64,000 nt of DNA from Vicugna vicugna. Its lineage: Eukaryota. The notes below the pieces were generated by a model, which had not been told where the DNA came from, made no database searches, and saw only the letters and a list, made by a program, of their open reading frames with translations. The stretch covers positions 1,877,513 through 1,941,512 of the forward strand of contig MU057989.1 in the NCBI GenBank assembly GCA_013265495.1, in the 5' to 3' direction. Below are positions 12,906 through 26,235 of this stretch, piece by piece (positions within the stretch are counted from its first letter, which is position 1; the number at the start of each line of letters is the position of its first letter). A program made the translations under genes and the position numbers.

Positions 12906-14679
12906 GGGAATTCTTTCTTGCTTTTTGAAAGAGCTAATGATTATTTTCTAATTATAACGAGCACTAACATTTGTAAGAATGGTCTGCATCTTCAGGTACA
13001 TTGTCTCATTGAATCCTGATGGTCAGTTCTGTGAACCAGGTGTTATCAGATATTTTTCAGGAGGATAATGAGCTCAAGGGTGATGTTTTCCAAGATTATG
13101 CAGCTAATAAATAAAATTGCTGAGAACAGATTCCATCTCTTCTCTTAGCCTGATGTTGTGTCCATGTTACCTATGAAGACACAGAAATACTGAAAATGAA
13201 TATTGCCTGTAAAATGTGGATTCACAAAAACTAGTGAGGGAAGATTATTTATGCTTTCCTTCACACCAAGTGAGAGAGTATATATTGCAGTAGCACTGGA
13301 TTTGGAATCATGGGAGCTGTAGCAGAAATACCTTTTGTTTCCTTAATTTTCCTGGCATATTGTTTAGACTTTCTCTAAACAGCTGAAAAAACAGTAACAT
13401 TTGACTGTATAACTTCTGTACGATTTTTTTTTACTATATGCATGTATTACCTATTTCAAAATTTTTACAAATAAAAAGATACCAATGAGTCTATTTGCTT
13501 TACTGAGTCAAGTTAGCATCACAAGGCATACCAATTGAGGGCAGGTGCTCTCCAAAAAGCCTGTAGAAACAGGGTCTTAACTAGATAATTGGGTGTGCCC
13601 CCATATCTTTCCATATTAGAATAGTGAGGTGGGTGCTAAGCAGGGGTCATGCGCACAACCACGTAACAGGTGCACTGAGAAGCCAAGAACACTGACCACC
13701 GCAGATCAGTGAGCAGCAGAGTGGACTGAGTCATTATTCTTTGACTCCAACACCACTGCTATTTCCATTAGACCAGGCTGCCTAGACCTGCTGGTAAAAG
13801 TTAGGCCTAGCCCCCGGTCAGATTATGTAGGCTTCAGTACTGCTCTGCTGGGCTGTAATGTACTTACAGACAAGAGCTCCAGTATGTATTAAGAGAAAAA
13901 AAACAAGGGTATATATTTTATTTCACTACTTTTGTGCAAAAAAAAAGTGCATCTTTAAAAAAGAACATGTGTCTGCATTTGTTTATTATGCATAAACTAT
14001 CGGTTGCCTGCAGGTTTTCCATCTGTAAAATGTGGGTGCTGGAATCACATTAAATACTGCAAATATTAGAATAGTGCCTGGCACACTGAAGTCCCATTTC
14101 ACTTGGGTTCTCAATCCAAATGATACCCTCGCTTAATCATTTTCTAAAATACCCTTTTAAAAATCATTTTCAATTGGCAGAGGCAAGATGAAGATATGGC
14201 AAGCCATAGAAAATGTAATTACTTAAAGCTGCTTTGAATTAGGCCCAAAGCAGAGTGATTAGCCAACACTGAAAGATGCTTGGTGGATCAGTTACCTACA
14301 AGTATTAAAGAACTATTACTGTTCACCCTGTTACTAAGCAAGGGTTTATTTGATTATGACCCAAATCCTTTTTTTTTCCCTAAAAGGGGTCGCGAAGAAG
14401 TTTACTACACTGTATTTTAACCGTTTGCTACTCTTAAATGGTATGAGCAACTTTAAGGAAAATCTTAAGCAAAATATGACCTTAGATTATGACCCCAAAA
14501 CACATTGACAAGTCTCAACAATGTTACTGTTACCGGCTTAACACCGAAGCTAGTAAAAGGCATACTGTAACTGCTGTAAAGTCATGGGAGAAAATACACT
14601 ACGATCAGAACACAGGGTATGGGAAAAATGGCTTTGAAAAAAGAAGAGTAGTATTTGCTACAGTCTGTTAGAGGCCACG

Positions 14680-15075
14680 CCACGGTGACGACAGCCGTCC
14701 GCCGTCCCCCGCCCCGAGCCACATGGGGTTCTCGGCCCCTCCCGGGCGCTTCCTGCAGCCGTCAGAGGACCGAGGGGTGTGACCTCTTGGAGGGGGCGGG
14801 GCGGGGCGACCACGACCCTCGCGGAGCGGATCCCGGCCCTCGCCGGCCAGCGGGTGTTCGAGCGGGAGGGACGGCCGGGTCGACCTCACCGCAGGCTCCT
14901 CCTCGACCCGCCTTCCCGCCGCCTGGTGCGCCCCGGGCTTCCCGGCCGCGGAAATGTGAGCTCTGCCCGGGAAGGGCTCGTGTCCGCTTCTAGACCTAGC
15001 TCACCGTGTGGCGCGAGGTCCCTCCCCACCCCAGAAGTCTCGGCCATTGTCGCAGCCTGAGTACGAGCGCCCAGT
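14680..15075. promoter_or_regulatory. Separate CpG island about 2.6 kb upstream of the EEF1A1 start
   Basis: Very high GC and CpG content, GC boxes (GGGGCGGGGCGGGGCG) and ETS-like CGGAAAT/CGGGAAG, with AT-rich flanks. Confidence 0.7.
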
Positions 15076-17250
15076 CAGTGGTGCCCAGGAGTAACTTACA
15101 TATCAGTCAAGGACTAAAGTAGAATTTTGCTGTTGCGTAGATACCACTTTTTAAAAGGATTCTCTATAAGGTATTTATAAAGTGTACACAAGTATCTGTA
15201 ACCATAGGGCCTTGAGAACAACTTTTAATGAGTTGTGCGTATTTGACAGATCACTTTTCTCACTTTTATTTTTCTAAACTGAAATTATATTCGATGCTTT
15301 CCCCTTTTACCAACCACCACTTTCATTTTGAGTTTTCTTCCTTAAATTAGATGTTAACGGCAATCCTGGATTCCATGTAAAACTTTGAAATATTCAAATT
15401 TTGGTTTTTTCCATCTTTGCTTCCTTCCCTTGAATCACTAGATAACCATGTCTTGACGTTTTCAAATTTTCACCAGCCCTGTCAGTATTATCCTCAACAC
15501 TGTACAAACCTAAACCATTTGAGGCTTATAGAAAGAAAGCATGGTAAAGAACCACGGAAGATAATAAATCTAGAGTGGCACCCTCTTAATCTGAAATTAC
15601 ACACTTAATATTGTGATACACAAATGTGGCTGATTGTGGGAATCTAGTTCCAAAGAGACTAGCCATTAATTAATATTTCCAAGGTAATAAACAAGAGTAG
15701 AGGTACTTGCATGTTCTATTGTTAGTGATTGATTTTCACTGGTACTTCTTAACAATTTTATCTTATTACAAACATGGACTAGCAAATTAAGATAATTTAA
15801 TTCCACGTGTATATGATTGGGCAAAGGCACTAGGAAATGCATTGTGAACAAATAATTTGTGAAAGGAAAAAACTAGAAATATTGACAGTATAGAAAGGCT
15901 TTTGTTGCTAAGAAAAGATTGGTTACGTGCATTTCTAGAGAAACTTTATATGAACTGGTTACTTTCATGAAACTATCTCAAAGTTTAAACAAGAAAGCTA
16001 CAAACCTAATGAGGAAAGAAAAAACCTGATTTTTGTAAGTTAATATCTACAAAGAATGGTAAAAAAAGATATAGGAAGGTTATTTCAAAAGACTTTATTT
16101 CGTTTAAATAAATGAAAAAAAATAAAGAAAAAGCATTTGGATCGTGAGAAGTAACTCAAAGATTGTACTGGAAGGACTATTGTTCTACCATGAAGGTAAA
16201 TAAGCACCATACCAATTTGCTTTTGACTGCTTCCCAATTGTTTTATATATTAGTTTTCCTCTTCCAATTTGTTTGTGGTTCCTCTCCAAAAGGGAAACTT
16301 ATTTTGCACACTTAGCCCTAGACACATAGGTTCTCAAACATTTGTTAGTAGATTGGCTCGAAAATTTGTGGTGGTGATCCACACGTGGAGAAAGAGACAT
16401 AATGATCTAGTAATTAGCTCATTAAATATAAAGTTTCTTCTTTCTTCAGGGGTATTTCTGAGAGTCTGCCCTGATTGCCAATTTTAAAAAGGCCTCATTC
16501 AGTCTCGCCCTACGTTGATGCCTAAAATACACTTGGAATCAACAGGACCACAGAAAATGAAGCCATCTATTGAACCGGGAGAGGCCATTTTTGTGAAGCA
16601 GTGATTTCACAGCAAGTGCTGGGATAGTTAACTGGGTGGATAAGCCTCCCGGTGCCGTAGGTCTTAGTCTCCACGTGAGATCATGTGGAAAGACTGAATT
16701 TGAAACATTCTTTTTAGGTGTTTCATGCTGGCCATTATATGAGTGTACACTGGAAAAAGGATGTACCGGGACGGTAGGCACACACTCAGGGTCTCCCTAA
16801 CGCAATGAACTAAAGTTAGACGTACAGCGAACTGCGGGATTGAAGTCTATGCTGAACGAAAAGCTGGACATCTGGAGTAGCACATGGGGTGAAGGGACTT
16901 GGGGAAAACCTTTGCAGGGAAAAGCCAGGAGGCCAGCGCAGCAGCATGTGAGTCGGACTCCCGGCCGCTAGGCCGAAGACCTCGCGGATTTCCCGGCCTG
17001 AAGGCGGCCCCTCCGCCGGGTCCCCGGGCGCGGGCCCCGCTCCCTCTGAAGGGGCGCGGGGGGCAGAATGAGGGCAGCCGGACCCGCAGAGGAAGCGACT
17101 CAGGGCTAGTCCCCGACCTGCGGGAGGGTAAGGCTGAGTAAGTGAGACGTGTTGCGGGGTTAAGGGACCCTACAATCCCTGTCCACCTTTGCAGTTAAAC
17201 CAGGACTGGACTGGGGAAGATTCTGGACGTCCCCACCCCCCGCCGTGCAG

Positions 17251-17600
17251 GGAGTAATTCATACAAAAGGAGGACGCGCCTCAGCCTCGGGGAATCCCAG
17301 GGACCGTCGACAAACTCCCACTAACCTAGAACCCAGGGCGCGCTCGTCCCCGCCCCCCACCCACGCGCTGTCGTCATTCTCCGGGTTGAGAGGAGCATGC
17401 GCGAGGCGCCGCATGCTCCTCAGTGCGCTGAGCGCACATCGCCCACGGTCCCCAGGATGGGGGGGGAGGGGACGGCGACTGAGCGGGTGCCTGTGGAGTT
17501 GGCGCGGGGCACGCCGGGAAGTGGTGTCGTGTGCTGGCCCCGCCCGTTTCCCGAGGGTGGGGGAGGGCCATATATAAACGCCGTGGGCCCCGTGAACGGT
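17251..17600 (+). promoter_or_regulatory. EEF1A1: EEF1A1 (EF-1alpha) promoter, TATATAA at 17571-17577, inside a CpG island (~16930-18200)
   Basis: The TATA box lies 30 nt before CTTTTTCGCAAC. The upstream sequence resembles the human EF-1alpha promoter (GTAATTCATACAAAAGGA, GGGGAATCCCAGGGACCGTCG, AGCGCACATCGCCCAC). Confidence 0.93.
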
Positions 17601-17633
17601 CTTTTTCGCAACGGGTTTGCCGCCAGGACACAG
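17601..17633 (+). other. EEF1A1: EEF1A1 non-coding exon 1 with 5'TOP (CTTTTTC)
   Basis: CTTTTTCGCAACGGGTTTGCCGCCAGGACACAG|GT matches the known EEF1A1 first exon. Confidence 0.93.
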
Positions 17634-18019
17634 GTGGGTGCGGGGCGCGGGTCGGCGGGCGCGGCCTCTGGGGCGGTTTCCCTCCTTCTGCTTCCCGCGT
17701 GGTTTCCTCCGTCTCCGCGCCGCCGAGCTCCCCTCCGAATTCCCGACCCCAAATTTCGGCTTGTGAGGGGCGGAAGGGTTCGAGGCCTCGGCTCCTCGGG
17801 CTCGCGTCCCTCGTGCGCGGGCGGAGGCCTGGCTGGATCCCGCGCGGGTTCTCGCTCCGCGGGCTTCCCGGGACCCGGCCGACGGCTCTGATGGGGCGGG
17901 CTTCTCCGCCTGGCGGCTCGGGCCTCGTCGCGCACATGCGGGCGCGGCCTCGGAGGGGCGAGGCGGCTCCGCGCCGCCACCCGGGAGCCGAGGCCCAGCC
18001 CCGCCCGCCGCTCGCGTGC

Positions 18020-18062
18020 GCGGAAAGATGGCCGCTCGGGCCGCGGGGCCCAAGATGGAGGC
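18020..18062 (+). promoter_or_regulatory. Two YY1-type motifs in EEF1A1 intron 1
   Basis: AAGATGGCCG and CAAGATGGAGG in the GC-rich first intron; motif match only. Confidence 0.5.
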
Positions 18063-18293
18063 GGCGGCCGGGGCCGGGGGTGCGCACAAAGGGACGGGCC
18101 GGGCTGCTGCGCGGACTCGGGACGCGCAGTGGGGGGGTCCGGGCCGGGCGCGGCCGGCGCCGACGGGAATGCGCCTTGGAATTTGCCCTCGGACTTCGGG
18201 TCGTGGCTTGTTCACCAGCTTCCGGGACGAGACTTTAAAAGTGGGGTTTTTTCCCCCCAACTTAGGTGTCGTGAAAACCACCGCTAAATCTAA

Positions 18294-18488
<195 letters not shown>

Positions 18489-18727
18489 TAAGTGCATTAG
18501 GTACACTAAGTGGTAGTTTTCCTAAAACTGACCACTAGTTTAGGTCTAATTGGGGTAAATTCCAGCGTTGGCCTGTAAGTAATTTGTGTCTGAAACCACG
18601 TTTTGAGAGTATGGTAAAGACGCCGAACTTTTCTCGTTGGAAACTAGTTGTTTTTCCAAATAAGTGGCAGTAAGGAATTTCAAGCTGGGATTTGATCATG
18701 TCTTAGTTACCAAGTAACCGTTCTTAA

Positions 18728-19364
<637 letters not shown>

Positions 19365-19422
19365 TAAGTTCTGGAAGGGGCAAGTTTAATGGTAATACTA
19401 ATTGACAATCGTGTTCTTCTAG

Positions 19423-19573
19423 ATGCCTTGGTTCAAGGGATGGAAAGTCACCCGTAAAGATGGCAATGCCAGTGGAACCACGTTGCCTGAGGCTCTGGAT
19501 TGCATCCTGCCACCAACTCGGCCAACTGACAAGCCCTTGCGTCTGCCCCTCCAGGATGTCTACAAGATTGGTG
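19423..19573 (+). CDS. EEF1A1: eEF1A1 exon 5 (absent from the ORF track)
   Basis: Hand translation: ag|[51 protein letters not shown]|gtaag. Confidence 0.97.
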
Positions 19574-19661
19574 GTAAGTTTATCATGGGATCTTGAATGG
19601 GTTGGGTTGCTTCACTATCTTCTGTCATGTGGTGTTTGACATTGTACTGTAAACTTCTTAG

Positions 19662-19918
19662 GTATTGGTACTGTCCCTGTGGGTCGAGTGGAGACTGGTG
19701 TTCTCAAACCTGGCATGGTGGTCACCTTTGCTCCAGTCAATGTTACAACTGAAGTCAAGTCCGTTGAGATGCACCATGAAGCTTTGAGTGAAGCCCTGCC
19801 TGGGGACAACGTGGGCTTCAACGTCAAGAACGTGTCTGTCAAGGATGTTCGTCGCGGCAATGTGGCTGGTGACAGCAAAAATGATCCACCAATGGAAGCA
19901 GCTGGCTTCACAGCTCAG
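19662..19918 (+). CDS. EEF1A1: eEF1A1 exon 6
   Basis: ag|(G)[12 protein letters not shown]...[11 protein letters not shown]|gt. Confidence 0.98.
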
Positions 19919-20005
19919 GTAACAGTTTTAAGTGACACCTTTTTTTGTTCTGTGCCAAGAGTCTTAACTGTCTTTGAGTCACTAAATGTAAGTCTTCTTT
20001 CCAAG

Positions 20006-20240
20006 GTGATTATCTTGAACCATCCAGGCCAGATCAGTGCTGGATATGCACCTGTGCTGGATTGTCACACAGCTCACATTGCTTGCAAGTTTGCTGAACT
20101 GAAGGAGAAGATTGACCGTCGTTCTGGGAAAAAGCTGGAAGATGGCCCCAAGTTCTTGAAATCCGGTGATGCTGCCATTGTTGACATGGTTCCTGGCAAG
20201 CCCATGTGTGTTGAGAGCTTCTCTGACTATCCTCCTCTGG
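20006..20240 (+). CDS. EEF1A1: eEF1A1 exon 7
   Basis: ag|[10 protein letters not shown]...FSDYPPL-G|gtaag. Confidence 0.98.
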
Positions 20241-20277
20241 GTAAGGAAGTCTTTTCAGTAATTAGAAATTGTAATAG

Positions 20278-20466
<189 letters not shown>

Positions 20467-20736
20467 ATATTATCCCCAATACCTGCCACCCCAGTCTTAA
20501 TCAGTGGTGGAAGAACGGTCTCAGAACTGTTTGTCTCAATTGGCCACTTAAGTTTAATAGTAAAAGACTGGTTAATGATAACAATGCATCGTAAAACCTT
20601 CAGAAGGAAAGGAGAATGTTTTGTGGACCATTTGTTTCTTTTGTGTGTGTGGCAGTTTTAAGTTATTAGTTTTTAAAATCAGTACTTTTTAATGGAAACA
20701 ACTTGACCAAAAATCTGTCACAGAATTTTGAGACCC

Positions 20737-20742
20737 ATTAAA
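20737..20742 (+). terminator. EEF1A1: EEF1A1 polyadenylation signal ATTAAA, cleavage near 20760
   Basis: ATTAAA followed about 20 nt later by a GT/T-rich element (CTGTGTGTTCTTTTGG). Confidence 0.8.
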
Positions 20743-22704
20743 ACAAAGTTTAATGAGAAACCTGTGTGTTCTTTTGGTCAACGCTGTAACTTCCTGTAGT
20801 ACTGCTTAGGTCAGGGACTTGGTAAGAGTTACCTATGCATAGCCTATTTCTGGTGGTAAATCTGCTGGAACAAGAGCTTTCTACTTTTCGGCTAATTTTT
20901 TTCTCTGGGTGGGAACTGCATGTTTCTAACCTCATGTGAAGAGAACTTTTGTTCTAAGTACATAGTAAAAAGTGTTGGTGCAACAGTTCATGTTAGGACA
21001 GGTAGGCAGAGTAACTTTGTTTTATATGTAAGCTAGTTTGTAAGATGAAATTCTATAATAAGAAAGCTCATGTTGAGTGTAAACTTTTGTGTAGTTATAT
21101 CAACATTGAATTTTGTCAAATTTCCCAGTTGTGGTACTGCATTCACATTTACAATATTGCAGTAGTTAAGCCAAAATGCGAGGCTTCAGTAGTATTGAGC
21201 ACTGCCCCCATTGGAGTTAACTGTATCCAGATTCTAGGAAAAAATAAAAGCTACTTTGAGTGTGTTTCCTGTCACTTTAGAAGTTGGCTTTTCTGATAGG
21301 AATTTCCACCCTTGTGCCACTGCAGTGGTAAATAAGTGAAAGGGCCAGTTGGAAGTTTTTAAAGTGCTACTTTAAAATCATTGCCTATTGGGAAGGGATA
21401 TTGGAAGACTGCATACTTTGAAGTTGCTAAAATTTGACAGTAGGGATGAAAATAGTCCTTAAAACCTTTGAAAGTTTGGTGACTTGTAAATTGCATGCAG
21501 TGCACAAAGGGGAAAACTAGGTGGGTGTTAATAGTAATTGGTATCCTTGGGTGAGGCGACCGTCTGTAATGCTGCTTTTTGATAGTTGGTTAATCTAAGG
21601 ACACGTGTGCGTTTGAGAAACACTACTATGCATCTAATTCTGTATGACTTGATATTGGCTCCCTAAGTAGGTGTTTTGGATATGAAAAATTAATCCAGCT
21701 GGAAATGGAAAGGTATCGGACACCTAGTATTCTACAAGGCACAGTTGTGCAAGACTGTCCTGTAAGGTGAGAATTGACTAATTGAACAATGTTCTAGATT
21801 TTAAACTGGGTGAAGAGCCTGCTCATTTATTACACAGGAGGCCATTGGAATGTGCTATATAATATGACTAAAAGATAATCTATCCACATTTTCATAAGGT
21901 ACCTGTCTTTGCTCCTTAATGTTTTAGCAAGTATGCTGTTTACTAGTAGAGAACAGGGTTCCTTTATAAAAACAGCTGGCTAGTTAATGGTAGCTGATAA
22001 ATAAGCAGATCTGACACAGCTGTAGGGTTTATCAGGGGAGACTGGTAAAATGAAGGTTTCACTGCAGAAAATGGCTTTCGTTTCAGTGGAGGAGGGTAGG
22101 AAGGAAGGAGAGCAGGAAAGCGGGGAGTCCAGAGGCCTGTTTGCACACGTCCTCGCCATGGGATCAAGTGTGTGCAGCTGTCTGGTCTGAGCACCACCTG
22201 CTGGTGGTCACTACAAACTAGTTGAAACCTCAATTTCCAAGTTCTGGATGAAGGAGTGATTGGCCCTTGTTCACTGAGGTTTTCATACTAATTGTTTTGG
22301 TTAAGAGCAAAATTTTTTTTAGATTTTTTGAGGTGCAAACCAGTGCTTGACCTTAAACTGTATTTTAGATTGGCCAGTTACTGAATTAACGGCAAAAAAA
22401 AGGATCTTGTTGAAATTTGGCCCCAAGAATTCTGGTGTGGTTTCAGAATGTGGAAGGAAACGAAGGCAGTTAAGGAGTTTAATAGTAATGCATTGCTGAT
22501 TTAGTAAACTTGTTCTCACCCTATGCCCAGAATAGGCAACCTAGGGTGAGTTTTGGCTGGATCAACTCAATTCGGGTTTTTTTTTAATAGTTAATCATTG
22601 ATCTAGATTTCAGATGGTTCAAGAAGAGCCTAGACTAGTAGTGAATTAGAATTTGAGCTAACATGCAGTTTCACTGTAATTCCAGAGACTTTCAGCTGGA
22701 GTGG

Positions 22705-23008
22705 TTTTTTAAAACACTTTTTAAACTTTGAAGTACAGTCAGTTGCAGTGTGAATTTGTGGTGTGCAGCATGTTCCAGTCGTGCGTATGTATATGTGCAC
22801 ATGTTCATTTTCACAATTTTCATTAAAGACTTGTAAGTAATCTTCCCCAGGGCCCATAAAACCACCTGTCACCTGGGTGTGTTTTGCAGTTGGGGGGGGT
22901 GGGATGGTGATTAGGTTCATCTGTATTTCACGGAGGCACTGGGGATTGAACCCAGGACCTTGGGCATGCTAAGCACGTGCTCTACCACTGGAGCTATGCC
23001 CTCCCCCA
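22705..23008 (-). mobile_element. L1 3'-end fragment and tRNA-derived SINE (22890-23008)
   Basis: TTGAAGTACAGTCAGTT..; GGAGGCACTGGGGATTGAACCCAGG. Confidence 0.8.
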
Positions 23009-24279
23009 CTTACCTTAGTTTTTTGAGTATTTTAAAATACTCTTTAGACAAAAGTGTGAATTGACCACAACTTGAAAATCTTGCAGGGAAGTGTATCAAC
23101 GATAAAAAGCTGAAGTAGGAGCTGGTTTTTTTAGTTCTGCAAGATTGGCATGTCGTTGCAATTCTTTCAAGAGTGGGAATTTCAACTAATTACTTGTTAT
23201 GGTCTCCCACGAAGGCTCTTGACTGCATAAAGGAAGAGCTCTTGATTTTCAGTAATTTGCAGAATAAGGTGTCAAAAATTTTGAAAAATGTTACCGGGCC
23301 TGGACTTTGGGTTTCATTTTAATTAAAATGTTCTTACCTTGGTAGCTCTAAGTTGTGTACTGAGCTCATGCCAAAACAAGCTGTTCCAGTCTGCAGTAGT
23401 CACAGTATTCGTGAAAGGGGCAACTCTGGACGAAGGGTGGCAGCTGATCTGTGTCAGGGTGCCCTTTCGTGTGTTTTAGATTGATAGATGCCAGTGCATT
23501 TGTCATCATGAAGTTCTGCAGAAATAACAGTTGAGAATTAAAGTTGTATTGTTGGAGCTAACAACCTGTGGCTGGAAGGGAGTGCTCTGGGGACCTGTGG
23601 TTCTTGGTCCTGTGATTGGGGGAGAGTGCTCTTTTAGGTGAGAGAAAGAGGAATAAGACGTATTACCCGTTCTTCCATTTTGTCTGCCTGAAATTTTCTT
23701 TCTTGATCTGCTTTTGATTTTCAAGCTTCTGTTCTTTTACTTCCAAACCCATGGTTACTCACGTGACATCAATCACCTCCATTATTTGCAAACCTCTGGG
23801 AACTTCCATGACTAGTTAAAACTGGAATTGAGGCCTAATTACTCTTAAGTATATTACTTGCTCAGTTGGTAGTATTTAGAAGAGGAAAACTTTGTTAGGA
23901 AACTGCCACACGGCCCCGGAAAGGGTATTGACCTCTGATCCAAAGGAAAACTCCTTTGGTTATGCTGTAGTCTAGCGGTCACCAGCAGAAATGACAAGTA
24001 GGGAAATGGTCATGTGCTCTGGACAGCCCGCAGCAGCCTGGTGGATCTCTTAAGGGTTCAGAGCTGTTTGTAGTCTCTATGGGAAAGACATCATGACACA
24101 AAAGTAATCCAAATTAATGTTACAATAATTACATCCTAAGGAAGCAAAGAATATTAGAAAATAGTAAGCAAGCAGGAGAGGAGTTTTTCCTGCTTTTTTA
24201 AGTTTCTTATCCTAAAATTCACTCTCTTAAGGTATGTAATTCTGTATGTCTTTTTCAAATGTGACAGGCATAGCAATAT

Positions 24280-24980
24280 TTTTTTTTAACTGAAGTATAG
24301 TCAGTTTATAGTGTGTCAGTTTCTGGTGTGCAGCATGTTTCAGTCATACGTGTACATATGTATACTCATTTTCATGTTCTTTTTCATGATGGGTTATTAC
24401 AAGATATTGAGTGTAGTTCCCTGTGCTGTACAGCAGAAACTTGTTTATTTTATATACATTAGTTAGTAGCTGCAACTTTTGAACTCCCAATGCAAGTTTT
24501 GACAGATAACAGTTCGCCACAGTCCAGGTATTTCCCTCCCCCTCCGCCGCCCACAGTCCCCTGTGCCCGTTTGTGGTCAACCCCTCTCCTCTTCCTCTAA
24601 CCCTTGGTAACCACTGCCCTATTTTCTGTCCGTGTAGTTTTGTTTTTACGGCAATGTCACATACCTGGATTCAGACACTATGTGTCAGTCTTTTGAGTCT
24701 GGTTTCACTTTGTTTGCGTGATGCATTTGAGATTCATCCGTTTTGCATGTATCAGTAGTTCGTTCCTTTTTAATGATTAGAAGACGGTTTGTTTACAGCT
24801 GAGGGACATTTGGTTGTTTCCAGTTTGGACAATTAGGAATAAACCACTAGAAGCATTCACATACAGGTTTTCACTTTATTTGTGTAAATGCCTGGGAGTG
24901 GGATTGCTTAGTTAATGTGGCAAGTGTCCATCTCACCTTTATGAGAAACTGCTTAAGTGTTTTCCATAGTGGATGAACCG
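24280..24980 (-). mobile_element. L1 3' end plus an older L1 fragment
   Basis: TGAAGTATAGTCAG..GTTCCCTGTGCTGTACAG; GAGATTCATCC..CAGTAGTTCGTTCCTTTTTA..GGGAGTGGGATTGCT. Confidence 0.7.
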
Positions 24981-26109
24981 TTAATACTAGGTTATTTTTT
25001 AAGTGAATTTTATTTTAAATTTTATTTTGCTATGATTAATTTTTAAGGAAGAAGATTAATTGGACTAAGTGAGTGTTCCACTGAGGACAGTGAAGAAATG
25101 ATGTTTTTTTTTAAGTCATGCCTCCCATGTGCCAGGCACCATTCCAGGCACTGGGGATGGTATTGTGAACAAAACGGACAGTTCCTGCCCTTTGAGTGTG
25201 TGATCTCGTGGGGGAGCTGGGTACCAACCTAGTAGGTACTTCTGAGTGAAATGAAAGGGAAGGGCTGTGAGGGAGAAGAGCGCAAGGGCCGCACTGGGAT
25301 GGTAGAGAAGGTCTTTGTCAGGCATGGCCGAGACCTGATGGATCATAGAAGTTCCTGGACTGGGCGGTGGGAGACATGCGTTACTTCTTAGACATCTCAG
25401 TACACAGCATCCAATCTGATCTCATAGCGATGTAGAACAGAAATATCTTAGAAAATCTAAATGCCTTTTAATCTAACTACTCGAACCAACTTTGAATATG
25501 TTCATTGAGGTTTTTGCTTGGTTGCCTGGCCAGTGTGTGTGCGTGCCCTACACAGCAGGGCAGAGACATCTCCTGGTGTCACAACAGTCCCTGTGGGGCA
25601 GGTGTCACACTCACGTCACATGACAGGCTGAGTCGTCCCATTGCTGGATGTGTTTTTCTCTCTATTTAAATTTGACTGCTTGTAACCTAAGATCATACTT
25701 AGTCTGTTCTCAAGGGTAACTGAATGGCTTGATTCTCTTCTCTACAAAAGTCACTAATTTCCTTGCAGACGCCAGTCAGGACCCCTTAGTCACATCTGAG
25801 CCAAACACTGAGTTCCTACAGCTGTTTCTTAACCTAGATGCTTCCCATGCTGTTCTCCCCACCCCCCGACGGGTTATAGCTTGCAGTATTTTCACCAAAA
25901 TTAAACATACTGTGGCTGCAGATGCATAGAAGACTGACTTCTTAATCTAGAGTGCACTTTGATTAATGTGACCCAGGAGGTAGTCACCTCATTTCCTGAA
26001 GCTCCTAGTTTCCTGAACTGACACATTTAGACTAGGTAATCAGCGCTGTAAATGGGAGAAAGCTGTCCCTTTCATCATTTAGCCCAGTGGGCATAAAACT
26101 GTCTCTAAG

Positions 26110-26235
26110 ACTGTTGAGGATGAAATGAGTTAGTGGATGAAAACTGTAGCCGCATACAAGGTCTGTTGTAAACTGTTGAGGATGAAATGAGTTAGTGGAT
26201 GAAAACTGTAGCCGCATACAAGGTCTGTTGTAAAC
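26110..26235 (+). repeat. Perfect 62-bp tandem duplication
   Basis: 26110-26171 = 26172-26233. Confidence 0.95.

Noticed and set aside
14655..15060. ORFs in the upstream CpG island
   Set aside because: Same GC artefact; no recognisable domain or good start codon.
26110..26235. CRISPR-like array or snoRNA from the direct repeats (also 43549/43983 and 62211)
   Set aside because: Only two copies or abutting units with no spacer series, no properly placed C/D or H/ACA boxes, and a eukaryotic context.
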